Source of the DNA: Camelus ferus
Lineage: Eukaryota
NCBI RefSeq assembly: GCF_009834535.1
Contig: NC_045697.1
Location: 25,732,001-25,796,000, forward strand
Direction: 5' to 3'
DNA: 64,000 nt
In this document: positions 49,469-62,804 of the stretch, one piece after another
Position numbering within the stretch: the stretch's first letter is position 1
How the letters are laid out: each line of letters begins with the position of its first letter
Program-made: the position numbers and the translations under genes
Notes under the pieces: model-generated
What the model was told of the DNA's origin: nothing
Database searches by the model: none
The model's input: only the letters and a program-made list of their open reading frames with translations

Positions 49469-50238
49469 TTTTTTTTAATTGAAGTATAGTTGACTTACAA
49501 TGTTGTATTAATTTCTGGTATATAGCATAGTGATTCAGTTATATATATACATTCTTTTTCATATTCTTTTTTATTATGGGTTTTTATAAGCTGTTGAATA
49601 TAGTTCCCTGGGCTATACAGTATAAACTTGTTTTTATTTATTTTGTATGTAGTACTTTATATCTGCTAACCCCAAATTCCTAATTGATCCCACCCCCTTC
49701 ACCCTTAGGTAACCATAAGTTTGTTTTCTATGTCTATGAGTCTGTTTCTGTTTTGTAAATAAGTTCATTTGTGTCTTTTTTTAAGATTCCACATATAAGT
49801 GGTATCATGGCATTTTTCTTTCTCTGACTTACTTCACTTAGTATCATAATCTCTAGGTCCATCCATGTTAGTGCAAATGGCAATATTTCATCCTTTTTAT
49901 GGCTGAATAGTATTCCATTGTATATATACACCACTTCTTTATCCAGTCATCTGTCAGTGGACATTTAGGTTGCTTCCGTTTGTTGGCTATTGTATGTAGT
50001 GCTGCTATGAATATTGGGGTGCATGTACCTTTTTGAATTAGAGTTCCCTCTGGATATATGCCCAGGAGTAGGGTTGCTGGATCATATGGTAAGTCTATTT
50101 TTCATTTTTTGAGGAATCTCCATAGTGTTTTCCATAGTGGCTGCACCAAACTACATTCCCACCAACAGTGTTGGAGGTTTCCCTTTTCTAGACACTTTCT
50201 CCAGCATTTATCATTTGTGGACCTTTTGATCATGGCCA
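49469..50238 (-). mobile_element. LINE-1 ORF2 end plus 3'UTR
   Basis: aattgaagtatagttgacttacaatg... ggatatatgcccaggagtagggttgctggatcatatgg; tcatag on both flanks. Confidence 0.93.
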
Positions 50239-50749
50239 TCATAGAACTTTTGAATACACTATATATTCTTGCCCCTGTTTTAATGTTCTATCTTCTGGGA
50301 GCTTTTAAATGCTATAGACAAATAGTTGCAGTTTTCTTCCCCAACTTTATAAATTGCCCATGGGAAAGGCTGCATGGTAGGGTGAGGCTCTTCAGTTCTC
50401 TTAAGGAAGATTTGGCTGGCTGTCTCTCAGAGCTACTGGGAGCTATGATAAACTATGTATGTAAATGTTTACATGTCAGATACATGAAAAAAAAAATACA
50501 GTGGTGAGCTTTTACAATGACTTTGATTCCCTGGCTTCACATTCTGTTTCTGAAGATCTGAGATGAGTCTTGGCAATACTCAAGCTTAATAACTTGCCCA
50601 GATAATTCTGGCTGTACTTAGTCTTGGAAACACATGCTTAATGTTTTGAAAAATCAGTATCAAATAATTAATTATAAATTACTGACTTCTACTATTAATT
50701 GAAAATTGCCCTCTGGTTACTCCTTCCTTACTCATATTTTTATTGCAAT

Positions 50750-51600
50750 AATTTTCTTACGAATTAATAATATTTTTGATTCAAAATTCTGTTTGTTTTA
50801 TTATGTTAACAATAATTGTTTCTATGTTACTTCTTCCTGGTTTCGTGGCTCATTAAAAAAAAAAAAGGTTTTATACCATGAACTTCCCTTCTTGAAAAAT
50901 TTATTTTGATGCATGTTTCCATTACCTGGATATATCTTCTAGTAATTTTTTCAGGATGACTACTTAGGTGGTATAATTTTCATGTCCTTGCATGTCAAAG
51001 AATCTCTTTCTCCTGCAAATAAATTATGGCTTCGGAAGGTATAGGGTTCTTAGACCTTAATCTTTTCTTTCAAAGCTGCTGATGTTGCTGTATTGATTTC
51101 TGACCCTTAATGATCAGGAGAAAAAAAAAAAATCTAACACCAACCTCATTATATCCTTTGAAAGCAACCCATCTTTTCTGCTGGACATGCAGGGTGTCTA
51201 TTTTTACTAAATTTGCCTGGTACTCTCTGACCTCTTTTGATCTGATGTCTCAAGTCTTTCCTCAGATCAGGAAACTTTTTAAACTTTTTAAAGTTGATGA
51301 TCATATTTCTACCACCTTTTTCTGTTCTTTTTTATTCTAATTTCAAATAGCAATATAGTGGTTCTTCTCATCCTTACCCAATATTTTTCAGATCTTACTA
51401 TCTAAATGAATACTTTTTCCTGCAAAATCCAATCAAATGATGATTACCTCTATTTTTAAATTTTATCATAATTCTCTTTACATAAGTACATTCTTTTCTG
51501 ATCTTAGTTTCCTCTTTTTAAATTCCAGTAGTCTAGATTTTGTTGTAATTAAAAATTATACACTTTATTAGGTTCTGCCTACCATTTTTTTGTGAAGCCA
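50750..51600 (-). mobile_element. ancient L1M/HAL1 ORF1-region remnant
   Basis: T-rich strand with ccttgcatgtcaaagaat, ggtatagggttcttag, gagaaa..tctaacaccaacc motifs. Confidence 0.4.
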
Positions 51601-52385
51601 CTCCATAGCTCCCGAGTTTCAATAGGTTTGTATCCAGTTTTCCTGCTGCTCAATATTTCTAAGGTCACATTATGTGTATGTATTGTATTCAAGTTTAATT
51701 TCTATCCCCCGTCTGTTGTTGAATCATGAATTTAACAGAGGTGCTTCCCCTTTTATATACAAATGTATCCTTAATAAAAGCCAGATGCATACATGCCCTT
51801 GCTGTTGTCCATGACAAATCTAAGAGAAGAATTACTGGAAACAACCACTCTTTTTTCACAAAGTATGTAAATTACTCTTTTATATGCTTATGTTGATAAT
51901 TTTGATAAACTTTCCAATATATATAGAAAACCATTTAGGAACAATCCTTGAGAAGCTTCTCTGAATTTTTTATAGTAAAAGACCAAGGCATTATAGGTAA
52001 AATTTGATAAACTGAGAAAAATATGTAGCTATTACAGAAATTTTTATGCTCAGGTACCAAGCACCTAATTCAAATCCTCTTAAAAAATCAATATGTTGCA
52101 GTTCTCAGCTCTCCTAATGATTTTTAGACTTTACATAAAGGATTTTACTTACATATAATTTGTTTGCTTGCACTTATAATTGAATAATGATTACTCTTCA
52201 AATAATATTTTCCTCTAAGTATTTATTATTATTAGATTTCTTTTTAAGCCAAAAGTCACATTTAGAAGAGCCAAGTGGACCCCTGAATGGAAGTCCCCAG
52301 GGGGGGTCAATAGTGAGTGGTGTATGACTTGCTGCCTATTAACAAGTTTTCTAACATTAATTATGCATGTCAGAAACTCAGTGTG

Positions 52386-52734
52386 TGTATTAGTCAGGGT
52401 TCCCAGAGAAATACAACCAGCAGGGTGTATATTTATATAAAAAGGTTTAGTATAGGAATTGGCTCACTTGAATTTAGAATCTGACAAGTCCCAAATTTGC
52501 AATGTGGGCTGGCAACCTGGATACCCAGGAGAACTGATGCTGACGGTGTCTGCTGAGAACTGCCCCTTGTTTCTGGAGGAAGCCAGTCTTTTTTCTATTC
52601 TGGCTTAACTTTAGCTGATTGGGTGATGCCACTCTGCCCATGGAGAGCAATCTGCTTTACTCAAAGTCTACCCACTTAAATGTAACCACAACCAAAAACA
52701 CACTCCAAGGTAACACATAAAATGAACCATCTCA
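52386..52734 (-). mobile_element. MLT2-family ERVL LTR
   Basis: tgtattagtcagggttcccagagaaa...ggaattggctcac...gcaatctgctttactcaaagtc...acacataaaatgaaccatctca. Confidence 0.85.
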
Positions 52735-53104
52735 CTATCACAGAGGAAAAATCATGATTTGGAGTCTAAAGACCTTAATCAATTTATTTAACCAATTTAA
52801 GTCTCCATATACTTCTTTATAAAAGAAAAATAATAACATAAATTAAGTAGTTACAAGGACGAAATAACATGACACATTGAAGCACAGGATGCAAGCTAGA
52901 ACTGGGTAATTAACCAGAGTCAGAAATTTTTTCCTGTGCTACAGAAAGGAAGAAAAGATACAAGTTGATCTTTGGAGGATATGGGTGAAGAATCAGGAGG
53001 GGAAACATAATATTAGTTGATTCTCTATAGGTTTCCAGTTTACTCTCTCATCTCATTAATTTCATATTATGGAGCTGGGCAATTTCTAAATGAGGCAATA
53101 TTAC

Positions 53105-53350
53105 ATTGGCTAAGAACAGTGATGCTTATGCAGACAGCCCTGGGTGTGTGCTCAAGCCCGGCACTTACTGGCGCATGGACTTGTGCAGCCACATGACCCT
53201 TCTGAGCTTCAATTCCTCATCTGTGAAGGCAGGAAGTGCTTGTCCCTCATAGAGTATTATAAAGATTTATAAGATTATGCATGTAAGCACTTGACAAAAG
53301 GCCTAGCATACAGGAAGAGCTGAACAAGTGATAGCTTTTTTATTGTTATT
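53105..53350 (+). mobile_element. MIR SINE, near full length
   Basis: ccttctgagcttcaattcctcatctgtgaag...tgcatgtaagcactt..gcctagcatacaggaagagct. Confidence 0.8.
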
Positions 53351-54915
53351 ATAAATGTTAGTAGTTAGGCCCTCCTTATTAAATTAGCCCAAGAAATTAC
53401 ATAAACAATTGTTAATGAAAGCATATTGAGGATACATATCTATTAAAATACTACAGAAACATGGAAAAATTATAAAACAGTTACTCTGATTTTTTTACTT
53501 TATAAAAACTTACTTTCCAAAGGAGTTATTTCATATCAACTCTAAAATGTGGTAGGAAAAAAAAAAAAAAAAAAAGAAAAACACGAGATGACCCCTGCTA
53601 CTAGGTATCAGTATCTCATGGGAAATTTCACTTAAATCTGTACAACCTCTAGGTAGTTAACCTCTGTTGAATTTAAAGAAAGTGTTTCATCAGTTTTGTT
53701 TCTGAAGATTACTAATAAATAGAGAAACAGAACTTAAATCCCAAAATATGGCATTCTCAGGGACAAGATTCCAAAAAGTCATAAATCAAGTTAACACTTT
53801 GCTTTGTTTCATTTCCCATCAACAATGAAATTTTGCACTTAACTTATTTTAAATTGTCAGTATGTGGTGATGATATACATACGTGTTTGTAGGAGAGGAA
53901 CAGTAATTCTACATTAGGTTAATAAGTTATTGGAAGTCAAATCTGATCACATCAAATCACCAAAGAAACAAAACAGAGACAGAAATTTCAACATGCAGAA
54001 TTGAGTATGAATCTGCAATTAAAAGGGGAAAGTGATGAACAAATGTATCAGAAGCAATGTTCACAAACCTTTTCAAAAAGTTTGCCTATGCAGAGAACAA
54101 AAATAGTGGAAATAGACCTCTTATCTCTAGAAAACACATTTGTTAGGCTTAGAAACAAGATATAAATTATGTATACCATTGCTGCAATGAAAAAAATGCA
54201 ATTGTTGCTTAAAAATTCATTAAATTGTAAATAAATTTTAGTTAACCCGTGAGTTGATTATTTATCTCAGGAATTTGTCTGGGAGGATTTGAATGCCTAC
54301 GTGGTGAATAGAACTAAGATAGGCAGTGTTTTGACATTTTATCCAATGTGAAGGTGGAAATCACAGAGACAGAGAATGAGAGAGAGAGAGAGAACTACTT
54401 AAAAGCAGGCCCCAAAGCCAAGGCTGCACAAGAAAAATCAGGTAGAAATTGGAGTAATGATTTCCATGCCTTTTAATCTAATAAATCAAACCACAAAGCG
54501 CCAAGTAATCTGATGTGTGGACTTTCAAGAGTAAACCTAAAAAACTGTCCATTTTAAGAAGTGATTTTGAGCGATTTGAAGTTGCATCAAAAATGAAAAA
54601 AGATAGCAATTATCTGAATTCTTGGGTGTTGATTCCAATTCATGGCAGACTTCTAGCTGTGTGAAGTAATTGAAATGGACTGTCTATTTTTTCTTTCTTC
54701 TCTTTCTCTTCATCATATAACAAGCTGGTTGCCTATTTTTTTTTCCAGTAGCTAAAACCAACGTAGTAACTGATGATCTCCTCATACACTGAAAAAATTA
54801 CCTTATCGCACTCCATTAATATCTGTCCATCTCTAAAGTGGAAAGAGATCCAGTGGCTTTAAAGTGCCAGACTCTTCTGTGATGCAGGCACTTGTCTGTA
54901 TCAGAGTCTAGAGAC

Positions 54916-56411
54916 TGTAAGGATAAAGACAAATTAAAACTAAGGTGCTTATCATTAAAAAGTCCACAAATGACAAATGCTGGAGAGGGTGTGGAGAAAA
55001 CGGAACCTTCCTACACTGCTGATGGGAATATTATTTGGTGCAGCCATTATGGAAAACAGTATAGAGATTCCTTTAAAAAACTAAAAATAGACTTACCATA
55101 TGACCCAGCAATCCCACTTCTGGGCATATATCCAGACGGAACTCTAATTCAAAAAGATACACGAAGCCCAATGTTCATAGCGGCACTGCATACAATAGCC
55201 AAGACATGAAAACAACTTAAAAGTCCACTGAAGATGACTGAATAAAAAAGTTGTAGTATATTTATGCAATGGAATACTACTCAGTCATAAAAAATAAAAT
55301 AATGCCATTTGTAGAAATATGGATGGACCTAGAAATCGTCATTCTAAGTGAAGTAATCCAGAAAGAGAAATAAAAATACTATATGCTATCACTCATATGT
55401 GGAATCTAAAAAAAGAAAAGAAAAAAGAGGATGCTAGTGAACTCATCTACAAAACAGAAACAGACTCACAGGCATAGTAAACAATCTTACGGCTACTGGG
55501 GGCAAGAGGATGGAAAGGGATAAATTTGGGAGTTTGAGATTTGCAAATGATAACCACTATATATAGAAATAGACTAAAAAAACAATTTCTTCTGTATAGC
55601 ATAGGGAACTATTCTCAGTATCTTATAATAACCTTTAATGAAAAAGATTATGAAAAGAGTATACAGACACATACACACACACACAACTGAAACATAATGC
55701 TGTACACCAGGAACTGATACATTGTAACTGACTATTTCAGTTAAAAAAAAAAAAGAAAGGCTTAATTACCCTGTTGAAAATGAGGAAAGACATCTCTTTC
55801 TTTTTTCTTAGAGCATTTATCTTAGAAAACTTTTATGTACTTTTTCCTCTCTTTGAAATGTATACAAGTCCCTTTGAAGACTAGATAGGCCTTTCGTCAG
55901 CTCTCTGACCTAGGTCTTTCTCAAGGCCATGAGACCTATGTCTTTGAAATGCAGTAATTAGAAACAGCACCTCTACATCCCAGTTTCCGTGTGAGGCAGG
56001 AGCCCAACTTCTATGAGTGCCTTGCTCCAAGTTGCAAAACTACCTCCTGCCATAAGATATGAGAGTTTGTTTTTTCTCCAGATAAAGGCAGTTAGCTAAC
56101 ACAGGTGATCATCCCACTTACCAGGGACATTTAAGATGAATTATGTGCGACAAATAGTATTGTGAAGTCTTTTCACCTGAGGACCTGTTACTGTTTATTT
56201 TAGAACATGTATGTGAGGGGCTATACCTGCTTGACTCTATAAAAGAGTAAGATTTCTTTCTGTCTTTGCAGTCTCTGAGAGGATTGTCTGATGTGTGTCA
56301 CATTCTGGTTTAATGATTATTCAATAATAAAATTGTTTTTTTCCTCTACTACGTCTGTGGAGAGGTTTTTCTGGGTTGGGAGATTTTGTTTCTAAGTACA
56401 TTTCCCCAACA
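54916..56411 (+). mobile_element. MER34-family ERV1 solo LTR split by an L1
   Basis: tgtaaggataaagac start, cttagagcatttatcttagaaaactt, tataaaag, aataaaa, ends tttccccaaca; flanks agac/agat. Confidence 0.75.
54951..55757 (+). mobile_element. LINE-1 ORF2 C-terminus plus 3'UTR
   Basis: ORF 54892-55209 contains [30 protein letters not shown]; poly-A tail; imperfect TSD aaggtgctt/aaggctt. Confidence 0.95.
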
Positions 56412-58849
56412 AGATCCTCTCATAATTTTGAGTAGGAGATAGGGCAACATACCTAACTAGCCTATACAGACTTTTTATTAATATACATATATACATTTTA
56501 AAAGCATTTTCACTGACACAAGTATCTAATCCAGAACAGTCCATTTTCTTCACCAAGATAGAGTATCAATCATCTCTTTGGATATTTCATTGAAATATTT
56601 TCTTTTCATCCCCTGCTTTAATTTAGAACAACCTATCTAATTTATTCTTAAGGAAAATTGAATCTCTGCTGTTTTCTATTCAGTAAAAATTATTTTATTT
56701 CTATAAAATAGAAACATAATCTGTTGACCAGCTTCATAATGTAGTCCATAGTGGTAACAATAAATATATAGTCAAAATCAACAGTTTGTTGTTAAATTAG
56801 AGTTGTGTTCCAATCCATGCTCCAGTAGAAGGAGCATGGTCAACCCAAGGTAAGAAGTCAAAAAATAAGAATGCTAGAAGAGGGCAGAAACAGGCAGCAA
56901 GAGATAAAACTTAAGGAGAAGCAGTATCTCCCCTATAGTACTGAATTTTGAATCATGGAGGATAATTAATATTAATTCCTTATCCATTTCTCATTGGCTA
57001 ATGTCTGGAATTGGGGCCACTTATCAAGACTTGACTATAGAGCCTCGTGAACTTAGAAGAAAGAGACACCAGGAAAGAGTAAAAAGGAATTAGGGTATAG
57101 TAATGTTCCATTAAAAAACAATGTCTTTGGGATATTATTTCTGTTGGAAAATATCCACTTAATTTCATCTTTAAGCCAGTGTCATTTGGAAGCTGACAGA
57201 TTTTCTTGGTAAAGGTGAATTGTGTTTCATTTTGATAGTTGTAACATTAATTTTTCAAAGAATGTTTTTCAACTATTGATCGGGTTTCAGGGAAAGTGAA
57301 GCCTGGTTCTCTCTCTGTATATGCCCATATTTTTCTAGACATTATACTTTCTACTTTGTATTTTCAGTTGTTTGTAGCAATTTATTTTGAAATCTTTGAA
57401 GGCCTAACAGATTTTGTCCTTTTAAAGTTTTTCCACTTCCTCTCTTGTCACATCAAACATGCTGGAAATTTTTAATAAAAGATGAGTATATCATTTTAAG
57501 TCTTCTGTTTCACTGCAAAGAGATAATGCATACTTTAGAACAAAGTATCAACTAGCACAATATGTTGTGTGTCCTGACAAAACATCAAGATTGAGGATTC
57601 CACTGGAGCCGGGGGGTATAATAATCCTGCATCAAGAAATCCTGGCTCCTCTCCTGATGTGTCAAATGGGGATCAAGATGCTTAACTTTTTTTATGTTTA
57701 TTCCCTCTTTGATGGAAAAAAGAGTATCAGTCCTTGCCTGGTTTAATCACAGGGTTGTGGTGAAATGCATATATGCATATGAGATAATATTAGTAAGCGC
57801 ATTTAAAAAAAAAAAAAAAAACTAACACAAGGTTATTGCAGTTGTAAAAACTTCCCTCACCCTAACACCAGCTAATCCAAGAGAAGCTGCAGAGAAGACC
57901 AGCTCTCAGCAAAATGGGTAGTTAGAATTATATTTCTTGCTGACTCTAAGAAACCCAGTATGGTCCCGTATACCACCAAGGCCTCAGTCCTGGAGCTGTG
58001 ATCTAAGCAAGCCAAATTTGCCACTGTTCTTTTGCCCCTCACTACACATCTGTCTTCACCTTGAAGTCGTTCTTACCTCTGGAAAAAGACTCAGTCAGCA
58101 CTAGCAGATTCCTCCTTTTGTACTCATGGGCCATATCGATGACTAACTCTAGAACTCATTCCCTCAGAGCTCAGTGTCAGAGTTCTTCAAAGCAAAGCAC
58201 AGTGTACACCCACTACCAACAAACAGAGATTTGCACACAAGATATCCGCCACTTTTGAGCTAGAGCTAATTATTTCTACCCTCCCAGTCATGATGTATAG
58301 GTTTTAAGACTGGCCTTTAGGAGGCAGTGTCTTTGCTGTGGAGGTCACTTTTTTAATGAAAACTGGGACTTGAACTGGTTAAAATAGATTGCTTAGAACT
58401 AGTGTGAATGAAGAGCAAAGTAAGGTCAGGAACAGGTAGCGGCTGCACAACACAGTGGTCTCTGGTTCTGCTCTTCTGTAGCAGGACCTTACACGCACAA
58501 TTAGTCAGTAAAAGGGAGCCATAGAGAAAACAATAAAAACAAGGTTTACGAGTTAGGATTATGTCTTTTATTTTGAGAACAGATGGGAGGGGGAACAGGG
58601 ACAGAAGTCCAGGGTGCATATGTGATGAATGGCACAGGAACTCATTTTATGGAAGTGAGATTTAAATCTTTGAGTCAATGACTGAGAAAGAAGGGAGATT
58701 ACATTGGGGCACAAGGAATACTTGAGAACATTATGTTCATGTCTTAAGGAGAAATTGTCTCCTTTTCTAGGTTTCACGAGCAGTGTATATAGAAATACCT
58801 GAGAAAGCACTACAGCCCAGTAAGAGATCCAGGCAAGGGAAGGGTGGGC

Positions 58850-59900
58850 TCCACTTTTCTATTGCTGCATGATGACCCATTCCACAATGTAGTGCCTGAA
58901 ACAAAACCACTTCTTACAGCTCATTGTTTTGTAAATCAGGAGTTGGGTAGGGCTTGGCTGGGTGATCCTACAGTTTCCTTTGGCTTCACTGATCACTCCG
59001 TTGCCTGGGTGAGTCTGGAAATTCAATACTGCTGAGATGGCTGGAAGGCTGGCTCACCAGGTCTCTCATTGTCTCTTATCTCAGAGCTTCTGCACATGGT
59101 CTTTTTGAGACAGGATGGAAGGGGGCAGGACACAGCCAGTCAAGGAATGCTACAGCAATTAACATCAAAATGGTGAAAGATTCAACCCCCAGTAGGCCTT
59201 GAGGCTCAGGATGGTGGGAGATTTAACTTCTAGTAGATCTTGAGCTTCATTATACGCTCACTGTAATATATTAACATAGTAAATAATACGTCCACATGCA
59301 CCATGGCAGTCCCAAGGCTAGCCACAAAAGGTCAAAGAGTGGGAAATGGCCAACTTCCTGGGATCCCAGCCTCCTCCCCAGGCTAGTTAGACTGGTCCTT
59401 CCCCTTGTTAGCATATGAAGCCACCAAGCCCATAAAAACTAGCAACATGGCACCTCGTGGCCACCCCTCTCTCTCCCTCTTCAGAGACGGCCCGCACACC
59501 GTCTATGGAGTGTGTACCTACTTTTAATCTGAGCACACAACCCCCACACCTTGTGGCCTTTCTCTTGCCTTTCAATGTATCTCTCTGAATAAATCTACCT
59601 TCACTCAACTGTGGCTCACTCTTGAATTCTTTCCTGCTCGAAGCCAAGGACCCACGCTTGGCGGGGCACGTCCCAGGGGCTCAACTGAAGCCTGGGACAC
59701 AGTCCTTCTCACACCCCACATCCGTTTTCCTGCATCATCTCCATCCAGGTGGCTGGACAGCTTCCATGATAGCTTCCAGTGTCTTAAGGTCTGGGCCCCC
59801 CAAATAGCCTAGTGTTATTTCCCCTGTATCCTAAAGGTCAAGTACTCACAGATTATAATTCAAAAGGAAGAAAAACAGATTCTCTCCCTTGAGAGGAGAC
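58850..59900 (-). mobile_element. old MLT1 (F-H) LTR split by a younger LTR
   Basis: tttctattgctgcat..cagctcattgttttgtaaatcaggagttgggtagggcttggctggg; homology resumes after 59737. Confidence 0.65.
59106..59737 (+). mobile_element. comparatively young ERV1-class solo LTR
   Basis: TG..CA ends with inverted termini tgagacagga / tcctgcatca; cataaaa TATA-like box, aataaa signal, cttgaattctttcctgctcgaagccaaggaccca U5 motif; CpGs retained. Confidence 0.8.
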
Positions 59901-61269
59901 GTCTGAGAGGATCTGACTGTCTCACCTGTGTCTTTACCTGTTGGAAGGATTTTTAGTAGCATCATATCTTAACTCATCATTGGGAAATCACAGGCTTCAG
60001 AAAAATTACTCTTTTGTTCTTACTTTTGTTCTTTTTATGCAGTCAGTAGGAAGAATTCCTAATTTAATAGTCAGTTTTAAGTGGATGGCTTAAGTGATCT
60101 TTTTTCTTTCCTTGTTTCAGTTAATATCTCTCACCCTCCACATTATTATCCCATAACTTCCTAAACCAAAGCCATCTGTTTTAAAAGTACCAGTGACCCA
60201 GAATGACTTTTTTGGCACAGATCCATTTTACATAAGAAATGATCTGCAAAAAAGTTCCCTAGACTACGGGCAATAAGATATGTTTCCTTTTTGGCTTTAT
60301 TATAAGTGAGAATCAGTCTTTTAACCTCTCTGATTCTTGTGTGGATAATAAGCTCTCCTTTATCTAAAACTTGGAATTGTAGCTAATTAACAAAGTAACG
60401 TGTATTAAGGTTCTTTGACTTTTATGTATGAAGGAGTATTATGATTGGACTCATTAAAATTCCAATTTCAAACATTGTAAATTAACATATGCAACTTCAA
60501 ACGATATGTTAAAATGTTAAAGTGGAAAAATACATGAAAAAATGTTAACTATGATGTACTTTTGATGATTTTATCTTATTGTTTCCAGTTCAAAACTTTT
60601 TTCTTTTTCTTTCTTTCTTTTTTTTTTTGATTTATGATGGTCCTTTAGATTGTCTCATCCTTCTGATTTCCCAGGATCTCACCTTTTCCAAGGTTACGCC
60701 AAGAGACTTGACCTTATTTGACTTACTCTCTTCTTTCCCCCAAAATTATATATAGCAACTTCATTTTTAGCCTAATAATTAAGTCTGAATTATTTTCTTA
60801 CATTAGGGATCATAATTACTGATCTTTCCTAGTTCTATTTATGCACATGAAAGAATTTTATTTAGGGGGAACATTTTCTTTAATTAAAGGCGACTGAGAA
60901 AGAAATGTCAGGAACTGATGGTCCAAGGCATGGTGTCACTTTCAATTCATTGTGGACACATCCAGTAAAAAATTATAATTGGGAAATGTTTTCCAAATTG
61001 TTCCTTAAATGTTAGAAAAGTACTCTTAAAGAACATAATTATTTTCCTTCTTAAGATTAGGGCCTCTTTCTGTTCTAATCAGAGAATACCGAATTCTAGA
61101 CAGTCAAAATTTTTCAATTTCTTAGTACTTCAGACATCAAAAAGATTACAGGTATCTCTAGTGTGCTACCTCACTGTTACTTAAATCCAAAAGTGGAGAA
61201 ATATTATCATAATTGTTTAATAGGACATGTAGTAATTGGCTGGGTATGTGGCAGTGAAATAGGACTAGA

Positions 61270-61930
61270 ACACTCTTTCCCTAGATGTCAGCATGGTACC
61301 TCCCTCACGCATGTCAAGTTTAACTCAGTTGTCACTCAATGAGACCACCCTGATCACTCTTTTTAAAATTGCAACATTCCGTACATTTGCACATAACCTC
61401 TCCTCTCGCCCTCACTCTGGTTATACACCCAGGAGTGAGATTGCTGCATCATATGGTAAGTCTATTTTTAGTCTTTTGAGGAATCTCCTCTCATTATAGT
61501 TTTGATTGCATTTCTCTCATAATTAGCACTATTGAGCATTTTTTCATGTGCCTGTTGCTTTTTGTATGTCTTCACTGGAGAACTGCTTGTTTAGGTCTTC
61601 TGCTCATTTCTGGGTTGGGTTGTTTGTTTTTTGATTATTAAGCTGTATGAGCTGTTGGTGTATTCTGGAAATTAAGCCCTTGTCAATCACATATGCACAT
61701 ATTCTTGGTCTCTCTTATTCTGCTCTATTTTTTCTCTTTTTCCATGGTAGTTAGCAAATTATAATACCCTATATATTCAACTCATTTATTAGAGTTTATT
61801 GTGTTTTCCTGTTCTTTCTATAATGAAGTGTCATGAATGCAAAGGTCTTGTTTTATTCACCTTCAGGCCCTTAGAACAGTGCCTGGCACAGAGCAGGTGC
61901 TCAGTAAATATTATTGAATTATTGAAGAAA
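61270..61930 (+). mobile_element. L2 3' end, interrupted by an L1 piece
   Basis: cttagaacagtgcctggcacagagcaggtgctcagtaaatattattgaat terminal motif. Confidence 0.8.
61415..61705 (-). mobile_element. internal LINE-1 ORF2 fragment, no 3'UTR or poly-A, internally deleted
   Basis: Colinear with about 36060-36500 of the L1 in this window except for a gap of about 140 bp at 61488-61490. Confidence 0.88.
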
Positions 61931-62040
61931 TACTAACTAAGCTTAATAATCATCAATAGATTATGCATTACAAAAATATAAATGTCAAATCAATAAGTAA
62001 ATTATCACAAAGATGGTTATGAATCTGTCAAATAAACAGT

Positions 62041-62563
62041 TGTTAAGTGGAGCACAGGTGCCAGGTGGCAAGCCAGCATTCTACAACAGACCACAGGAGA
62101 AATTGAAACAGAGATGCTCATTACTCACCAGTCCAAGAAAAAGTATACCTCGAAGGGCCACACAGGGAGGCCAAGGCAGAGTGCAGACAGAGACAGAAAG
62201 GTAGGAGCTGGGGCACATGCATTTATTAGGGTCCGTGGGTGGAGTGTTTTGGGGTTCCTGGGCTAGGGCCAACCTGGACACTTCCAACCAAAAGAGCAGG
62301 GTTTTGGTAAGCCCCATGGGAGTCTTATTTAAGGTGCATATAAGAAATACAGATGCTGGGAGGCAAGGGAGACTGTTGATCACGAAGACTGTTGGGGAAG
62401 TCACGTCAAGGACTTACATTTGCCTGCGTCTCTGTGGGCTGCTAGCCAGAGCATGTACTTACGTGAGAGGATATATCAGTTTAAGGTCTCTGCAGGCTAC
62501 TTGGTCCAACAAAATAGATGCCAAGGGAACAATACCATGGGGTAGCTTAGCTAAACTTCATCA
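62041..62563 (-). mobile_element. MER74/MER73-like ERVL LTR
   Basis: TG..CA ends; tcattactcac..gggccacacagggagg..gcatttattagggtcc motifs. Confidence 0.55.
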
Positions 62564-62804
62564 AGAACATTTTATTTTTTGTTTTGATCTTTAATGATTA
62601 TTTTCAAGATTTCTTAAAGAAATTGCTCATTGCAAGTTTGGAAAAGACAGTATAAAATATGAGCCTGGGATATCTTTTATCTGAAAGCAAGGGATGAATA
62701 AAATACAAATTGGGTCATATCTAAATGACATGCAATCCAATGTACTGGAGATTCCATGATTCTCGGAGGCAATCATTTGAGGATTCAGTAAGAATACTGC
62801 ATTT

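Noticed and set aside
50058..50507. Longest ORF in the track (149 aa)
   Set aside because: First half is antisense L1 ORF2; the rest is read-through into flank
62013..62594. Cluster of three ORFs up to 125 aa
   Set aside because: Within a GC-richer LTR; no gag/pol/env motifs
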